NCBI RefSeq assembly: GCF_009914755.1
Contig: NC_060935.1
DNA length: 64,000 nucleotides
Origin: the human T2T-CHM13v2.0 reference genome, Homo sapiens
Reading direction: 5' to 3' (one strand)
Shown: one piece after another, positions 57,781-64,000 of the stretch
Layout: the number at the start of each line of letters is the position of its first letter
How positions within the stretch are numbered: the stretch's first letter is position 1
The notes under the pieces: model-generated
What the model was told of the DNA's origin: nothing
Database searches by the model: none
Seen by the model: only the letters and a program-made list of their open reading frames with translations
Position numbers and translations under genes: made by a program

Positions 57781-58439
57781 CATTTTTGTATGTCAGTATA
57801 TATACATTTATGTATATCCTGATTTACAGTGTAAGTTACCAGCAAGTACACTTGTTTGCTGTGATGGTGTTCATATGCGTTAGAACTAGGGGTTGCTTGA
57901 ATATCTGAATGATGGAATATGCTACCTGATTCCCCAGACATGGTACTTCTAGTTAATGAATTCCCTCTCTACAGATGGGGCCATATAGAGGCAATTAAGG
58001 CATAGTCAATGTACGACCAGGGTTTTTCTGAATTTGTATTTTTAGATCAAGTCTTCAGTGCCAGAAATGGCCCTAGAAGTGGTGGTTAGAAGTTCCAGTG
58101 TGACTTGGCTGCATTAGGTGGCAGGAGTATCCTGTGGATAATCAAGCATACGGATTCATCCCAAGCTTGGGGAAGGAGGCAGGAGTATGAGTGGCAGGGA
58201 CTCCAGTGGCATGCTGGGTACAAGGGCAGGTATGTAAGCTGAAGTGTGAGAAGACGTGGGGGAATGTAGGCAAGTTAGACTGGATGAGGAGGCCAGAACA
58301 GGGCCAGGAAGCACAGGCAGCTTGGGTGTGGTTTTGAGATGGAGAAATTTCCAGAGAAGCTGAGGCAATGGGTGAGGTTGCAAACAGAATACTTTTCAAA
58401 AAGACATGTTAAGCTGAAATATACTTGTGCCAAACAACA

Positions 58440-59170
58440 CTATTCATTCACATATTCATTCATTCAGCAAATCTATATTAAGTGCCTCCCTTATGATGAC
58501 ACTGTGCAAATGTTAGGGTCAAATAAAAATAAGATAGGATCTTTACTCTCAAGTGCATAACTATGAACTAAACTATAGATATATTAACAGAAAATTGCAA
58601 TGCAGTGTGATAAATGCTATAATGAGGTAAGCACAGGGAGCCTGTGGGAGCCTCTGAGGAACACAGAACCAAGTCTAAGATGAGATGTGGAAGATAAGTT
58701 GTAGTTAGCAAGATGAAGAGGGTGGGCAGGAAGAACAGTCTTGCTAGAGCTCTAGGAATGGCTGAATATACAAAAGACTGAAGAAGGGAGCTTATTCAGG
58801 GACTGCAAATGCCTTGTAATAATTGAGCATTATATACCATGTTAAATAGTCCAGACTTTCTCCTGGGAACAATGAGTTACTGGAGTATTTTAATCCAGAA
58901 GTGACATGATCAGATGCGTGCTTTAAAAATACTACTACACCTAAATTGTGGAGAATGGGTTGGAGGAAATGAAGACCAGGGACTCACTGAAGTTGTCATA
59001 GTGCTTAGTGAGAGATGATGGCAGTTCAACAAAGGCTGAGGCAATGAAAACAGAAGCAGATGGATTATTGAGACATTTGAAAGAATGAACAAAGCATAGT
59101 GATCAGTTGGATGTGAGATGTAATAAGTCAAGGATGGCCAAGTTTCTGGCTTGGGCAGCTGGGTAGATGG
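58440..59170 (-). mobile_element. L2 3' region
   Basis: CATTCATTCAGCAAATCTATATTAAGTGCCT start; GTGACATGATCAGAT; AAGTTTCTGGCTTGGGCAGCTGGG. Confidence 0.8.
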
Positions 59171-60599
59171 ACCCATAAAAGAAGAGGCTGTGTCAGTTTC
59201 AGGAGAGTTCTGGTCTACGGGTTTTAACAGGAGAGTTAAACCTTCTTAAATCCAAAGGTCCATTCTGCTGGTCTGTCTCACACCACTCTATCGGTGTACA
59301 CAAATCTCCTTTGAGAGCTTTATGAGATCTAATACCTAGGTAGAGTCTTCACCCACACTGGGCATTTATTCATCCATTCAATCAACCAATATTTATGAAG
59401 TGCCAATTATGTATTCATAGTATTCCAGTATTCCATAGACCCCAATGTCCATCTATGCAGGTAGCTTAGTTCTAAAAAAGTGATTCTCAAAGCCAGAATT
59501 ACATCTGTAAGTTTTTGATGGTCTTTCCCATTCACCCACCCCAACTTATCAGGCATATTAGTATTTGTGCTGTCATTAGCTGCTTCAGCAGAAAGTATTT
59601 CTTCACTTCCTGTTTCCATGGTTGCATTATGTTTTTCATTAAATTCTCAAGGTTGCATTACATTTTAGTTTCTTCTTCATGGACTTTGTCTATGGCAGGG
59701 TTTAGACTTGGATGGAGGTTAAATACCCAATAGAAATTCTTTAGTAAGTTATTTTATATGGCCTGAGGCCTGAAAACTCTTTTCTAGGCTCCAGAATCTC
59801 CTGAGCAACTCTGGGGCTTCCTGTGGCTAAAGGGAGGTGTTGGAATTTCAGTAACAGGTGTGATGGATCAAAACCTTCCTCAAAATACATGTGTTTGATG
59901 CCATTTCATTTTACATTTAGTGCTTGGTTTTCCCAAGCTGAAGTGAAATTCAAGCATCAGAGAAACCAGCAGGGGTTGCAGGTTGAAGTTAATAAAACAC
60001 TCACCATGGGCCTATGTAGTTCAGATTAATAAAATAAAATCATGGATGTGAGAGCCTAACCTCACACATCCATATCATCTTGCAAATCTGTTTCCTGGAA
60101 GCCAGAGGGTACCTAGGCCACTGGGCCAAGAGAGATGGGAATCTTCTTTGAAAACCACTCTTTGGTTAATCACTAAAGCCTATTTTTGTCAAACAAAGCT
60201 CTTGGAGTCTCTACTTCACTTCCCAAAGATACTGCAAAGATTAATGAAGTGATTTTGAATTACCTGTTGTAAATAAGTGTTGCTTTTTAAGGATGTAGTA
60301 TTATTGTTAATACTATTTAATAATCAGCAAAGATATAAAATGTTGGATATTTACTTCAGTTGATTAAATGATGATACCAATGTGATTATGGCCCAATATT
60401 GGATTTCTACTCCAGACATGTTTTTAGTTTTGCACAGAGAATGTGTCTGGTTCAATGGCAGACTACTTCTAGCCTCAATCAGCCACCTCTTGTGTGCTGA
60501 TGTCTCAGTTGGCTAACGGATAAATAATGCAGCTTCCTCAATCCACTGACATGGGTGGATAGGTAGCCTTTGTATACAAAAGCATATTATTATAGGCTG

Positions 60600-60750
60600 C
60601 AAGTCTGGGAGGCCTGAAGAGGTCTTTGCAAGAGGAAATTAAGCCCAGAGAAAGTAACTGGTTTGCCCAAAGTCATCCAGTTAGTGCAGAGTCAGGGCTA
60701 AAATCTGGATTTATTGATAAGTCTAACGTTCTCACTATTACACTGTGCCA
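60600..60750 (-). mobile_element. MIR fragment
   Basis: GAGGAAATTAAGCCCAGAGAAAGTAACTGGTTTGCCCAAAGTCA. Confidence 0.75.
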
Positions 60751-61429
60751 TATTCACTCTGGTCTAGAACTCCCTTCCAAAATTTTTGGGTAATTGGATT
60801 CAACACAAATTGCTAGAGAAGCAGTACCCAATAAAGTGCACTACATTCTTTGGTACTTCCTAGTATTTTATTAGATATTGTTATTTGTTTGGTGCATCTC
60901 CCATAAGTATCATATTTTTCCAGGCAGATAGCCAAAAAGCAACAAGTCAATCTACCATGTCTGCAGTCTGGCAGGCAATGCAGGAACCCGCAGGGCAACT
61001 CTGAACAGCATTCTAGAGACCAAATTAAGCCAGCTGGGCTGACTACAGCAAATGATGATTGGTGCCTATCCTAATTAGGCTGACAGGACTTCTACTGTGT
61101 GGATGTCCCACTTGCTGCATTCACAGATGTGATGAATCAGTCATGTTCAATTATTCAATCACTTTCATTTGAGAACCTGCTACATGCAGAGCGTTATCAA
61201 GATCTCTTTGTAATATGGGCAAGAGTTTGGCCATGAGTTGTAATCAGCCCAGGTACAGTTTGCATATAGAGAGATTCTTCAGGCTGGCCTTCTCAGTGGT
61301 GGCCAATGGAGTGGGAATGATCTTTTTACGAAAGCCAAGAGCCCTTGTAACTGTGCCTTTCTATTATAGTTTTCAAAAGGAAAAGGAAAATTGGTCTCCA
61401 TGGTCCCTCTTGGCTCTGAAGTGTTCTTT

Positions 61430-61650
61430 TAAAATAATATTTATTGCATACCTTTTTGAGATTACAAAAGCAATACATGTTCATTGTTGAAAATGCAGAA
61501 AATTACAAGGAAGATAAAAAGTAGTCATAATTCTAATACAATGAAAACTGCTTCTAACTTATTAGTTCAAGTTTTTTTAGTCATTTTTTAGGCAAATAGA
61601 AGAGTGTGTATCTTTTAAATAAAATTGAGATCCCACTATATCCTGCCCTG
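61430..61650 (-). mobile_element. L1ME4-like 3' end fragment
   Basis: ATTACAAAAGCAATACATGTTCATTGTTGAAAAT. Confidence 0.6.
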
Positions 61651-61943
61651 AAATTCTAGGAGTCTATAAACTATGCACAACTAAATAGTAAATTTCTTGC
61701 TCAAAGCCTGGCATACAATAGTCATTCCACAAATATTTGTTAACTGAATGGTGAGGAAAACCTGGTTTGTGGGCTTGAGCAACTTCACACTCAGGCCATA
61801 CCCAAATCTAGACAACGAGCTTTGTGTGCCAAAGGAATGAAATGAGCTAGAAACTGACCACTTTCCTTCAAGAAAGCTTCTCTTCACAAAGAGAACATCA
61901 GTGGTAATTCAAATCCCTTTTTTATATTCATTATTTATTTCAG

Positions 61944-62078
61944 GAGATTGCTTCCATTTGATCTGAAAGCTATACATACAAGGGGCTAGAAGCATGGACC
62001 TCAGTGAAAAATGGACTTTGGAGGAAGGAGCCTGGTTATCCCATGCTGGAATTCATCATTTTGCCAGCACCAGAGCGG
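61944..62078 (+). other. Candidate 135-nt internal exon (non-coding or 5'UTR/start)
   Basis: Acceptor TTATTTATTTCAG|G, donor CGG|GTAAGG; unique sequence. Confidence 0.4.
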
Positions 62079-62189
62079 GTAAGGCCGTTTTTGATGTCCC
62101 TGATAGCATGGTACTCTTCAGCTTCTGCACCTCATTATGTCAATCCACTGTACTCAGTACGTGCCCACGCTGTTTGTCTTTTCAAAAGC

Positions 62190-62350
62190 AGCTGAGTGGA
62201 GAGGAGAGGGAATGGACTTTGAAGTCAGACAGACCTGGGTTCAGATACCGAATTCACTATTTACAAGTTTTATGGCCTTGAGAAAATCTGTCATTCCCTG
62301 GGCTCTAACATGAGAGTAAGAATGCCCACTTCGCAGTGTTATGATGAGGA
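62190..62350 (+). mobile_element. MIR
   Basis: GGACTTTGAAGTCAGACAGACCTGGGTTCAGAT. Confidence 0.75.
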
Positions 62351-62799
62351 CCATCAGCTGTCATGTAATGAGCTCTTGCCCTGGCCAGGTGGGAAGCTAG
62401 TCAGACATCTTTGAGCACCTAACATGTGTTAGGCACTCTGTTCCTGTTTTGCTCATTTCTCCTCTCAGCAGCCTGTAAACATTCAAGTTGAGGATAAAGC
62501 AACCAATATAAACAGAGTAGGCCAGCTCTTTCCCTTCTTTATGATTATCCAATTAATGTGACTCAGCATTAAATGATGGAGATATTGTTACTTTCCTGGA
62601 GCAGAGCATACAAATATAAGAACCATACCCTGACACAGAGCTGTGGTCCTCTGTCAGGTCTAAGAGTCCGCTCCCTCCTCCATCCCTCAAATCTGATAGA
62701 GACCTACTTTGATGGTAGGAGCCATTCTATAGATGGACGATGAAAGGTTGTTGAGGTTAATGCACTCACAGATGTTTTCACAAGGATATGTCTCCCATT

Positions 62800-62960
62800 T
62801 GTTTGTTGTTTATTCATTTATTCAACAAATATTATTGAGTATCTATTTTATGCCAAGCACTAGTAATACAAGAACGAGAGCAAGATAGACATAGAGAACA
62901 GCAGACTATACTCTCTGATGTGCCCACCTCTAAAACAGGGTAACTTATATGGCAACAAAC
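62800..62960 (-). mobile_element. L2 3' end
   Basis: TTCATTTATTCAACAAATATTATTGAGTATCTATTTTATGCCAAGCACT. Confidence 0.75.
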
Positions 62961-63199
62961 ATTTGCAGACCTTCTGCACTACACCAGGGTATGTCTTCCA
63001 ACCAAGACTGCTGCACACAATGAGATAGTCGCCAAAGGGAAGACAGGAAGCTTTGAGAGAGGAAATTTGGATGCATTCCACCCAAAAACCAACTGTCATT
63101 TGTTCCTGTGCACTGTCATACTGTCATTCCAGCCTCTTTTTAGAAGTTCTTAAGCCAGCATCTCTTCACACCCCATGGAAAAAAACTAAACCTCCCTAG

Positions 63200-63720
63200 T
63201 TCAACACACAGCCCTTCCAGATCTGACCTCTGCCTGCCCCTCTAGATTCATCTCCTGCTGCCCATCACTAATAGCAACCCCCTCCTTCTCACTGTATCAG
63301 CCTCTTCCTGGATCCCTGAATACATCCTGCCCTCACATGCCTGTGAACCTTTGCAAAGGCTGCTATTATCATCTCTCTTCCACTTGGCCAGTTCCTACTC
63401 ATCTTTGAAGCTTCTGCTTAAGTCATCTGTTCTGGGATCTCTTCCTGCCACCACCTCCTACCAACCCCCATCCTGGTCTGAAGGAGAGTCTCTCCTCCCT
63501 CCTCAGTGCTGCCATAGCCTCTGCAGATTCCCATGTCACAGCACGTATCATCACACTGTATTGTGCTTGCCTGAATCCTGAACAGCCTGTGTGCTTCTTG
63601 AGACAGATGCCTTGTTTTATTCATCTTTGTACCCCTTTCACTGTTGCATGGCAAATTCATGGTGTATATTTGATGGCTGGCTGGCTGTGTGGCTGGATGA
63701 ATGAATGAATGAATGAATGA
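63200..63720 (+). mobile_element. L2 3' end with (TGAA)n tail
   Basis: CCTTCCAGATCTGACCTCTGCC...GATGAATGAATGAATGAATGAATGA. Confidence 0.8.
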
Positions 63721-64000
63721 CAGTTGGGACCACATCCTCTGAATATCTCTGCCTTCATTGAAAACCTTTTTTGGCTGTGGGAACCTATCTGATTATACAA
63801 CTGCTTCTGGCACCACCACATCACTTCACCTTGCTTTCAGCACACCTATAGCATTTGATTCAATGACCCTAGGCTTGTTACCAAAGCCTAAAGGCAGAGG
63901 AGAGAAAGAAAGTGTGGTTTTCCCACTGATGCTTGGTGCTTTTGTAACCTAGGCAATAGAATCATCCACCAGAGAATTTTAGAACTGAAAGAAGCCTTAG

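Noticed and set aside
60405-60520. Two short hairpins with an ANANNA hinge (H/ACA- or miRNA-like)
   Set aside because: Stems are short and G-U dependent, there is no terminal ACA box, and it is too short for a pre-miRNA

Overview
Primate (human-like, AluY present) non-coding genomic DNA, dominated by interspersed repeats. I recognise no protein-coding gene, tRNA, rRNA or CRISPR. The ORF-track entries I could assign come from Alu, L1 or LTR sequence; the rest look like chance frames. The main architecture is three near-full-length ancient L1s (L1MA7-like + at 17.2-25.1 kb, L1ME2-like + at 30.2-37.9 kb, L1MD-like - at 44.3-50.3 kb). There are several solo LTRs with visible target-site duplications (MLT1A/A0, MSTA x2, MER52A, MER39, MER61/LTR20-like, MLT1C x2, MLT1H), about 13 Alu copies or fragments, hAT MITEs and many MIR/L2 fragments, with repeated nesting. 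The most notable non-repeat signal is a repeat-poor block at about 38-40.6 kb with clustered TF motifs and a strong + strand splice donor (candidate promoter/first exon). A well-formed candidate internal exon lies at 61944-62078. The oddest structural feature is a poly(A)-less, TSD-less internal L1PA fragment inserted so that it forms a fold-back with the homologous part of its host L1. I find no convincing new biological system. Subfamily calls come from recalled consensus sequences, not a database search, and boundaries of old repeats are approximate.
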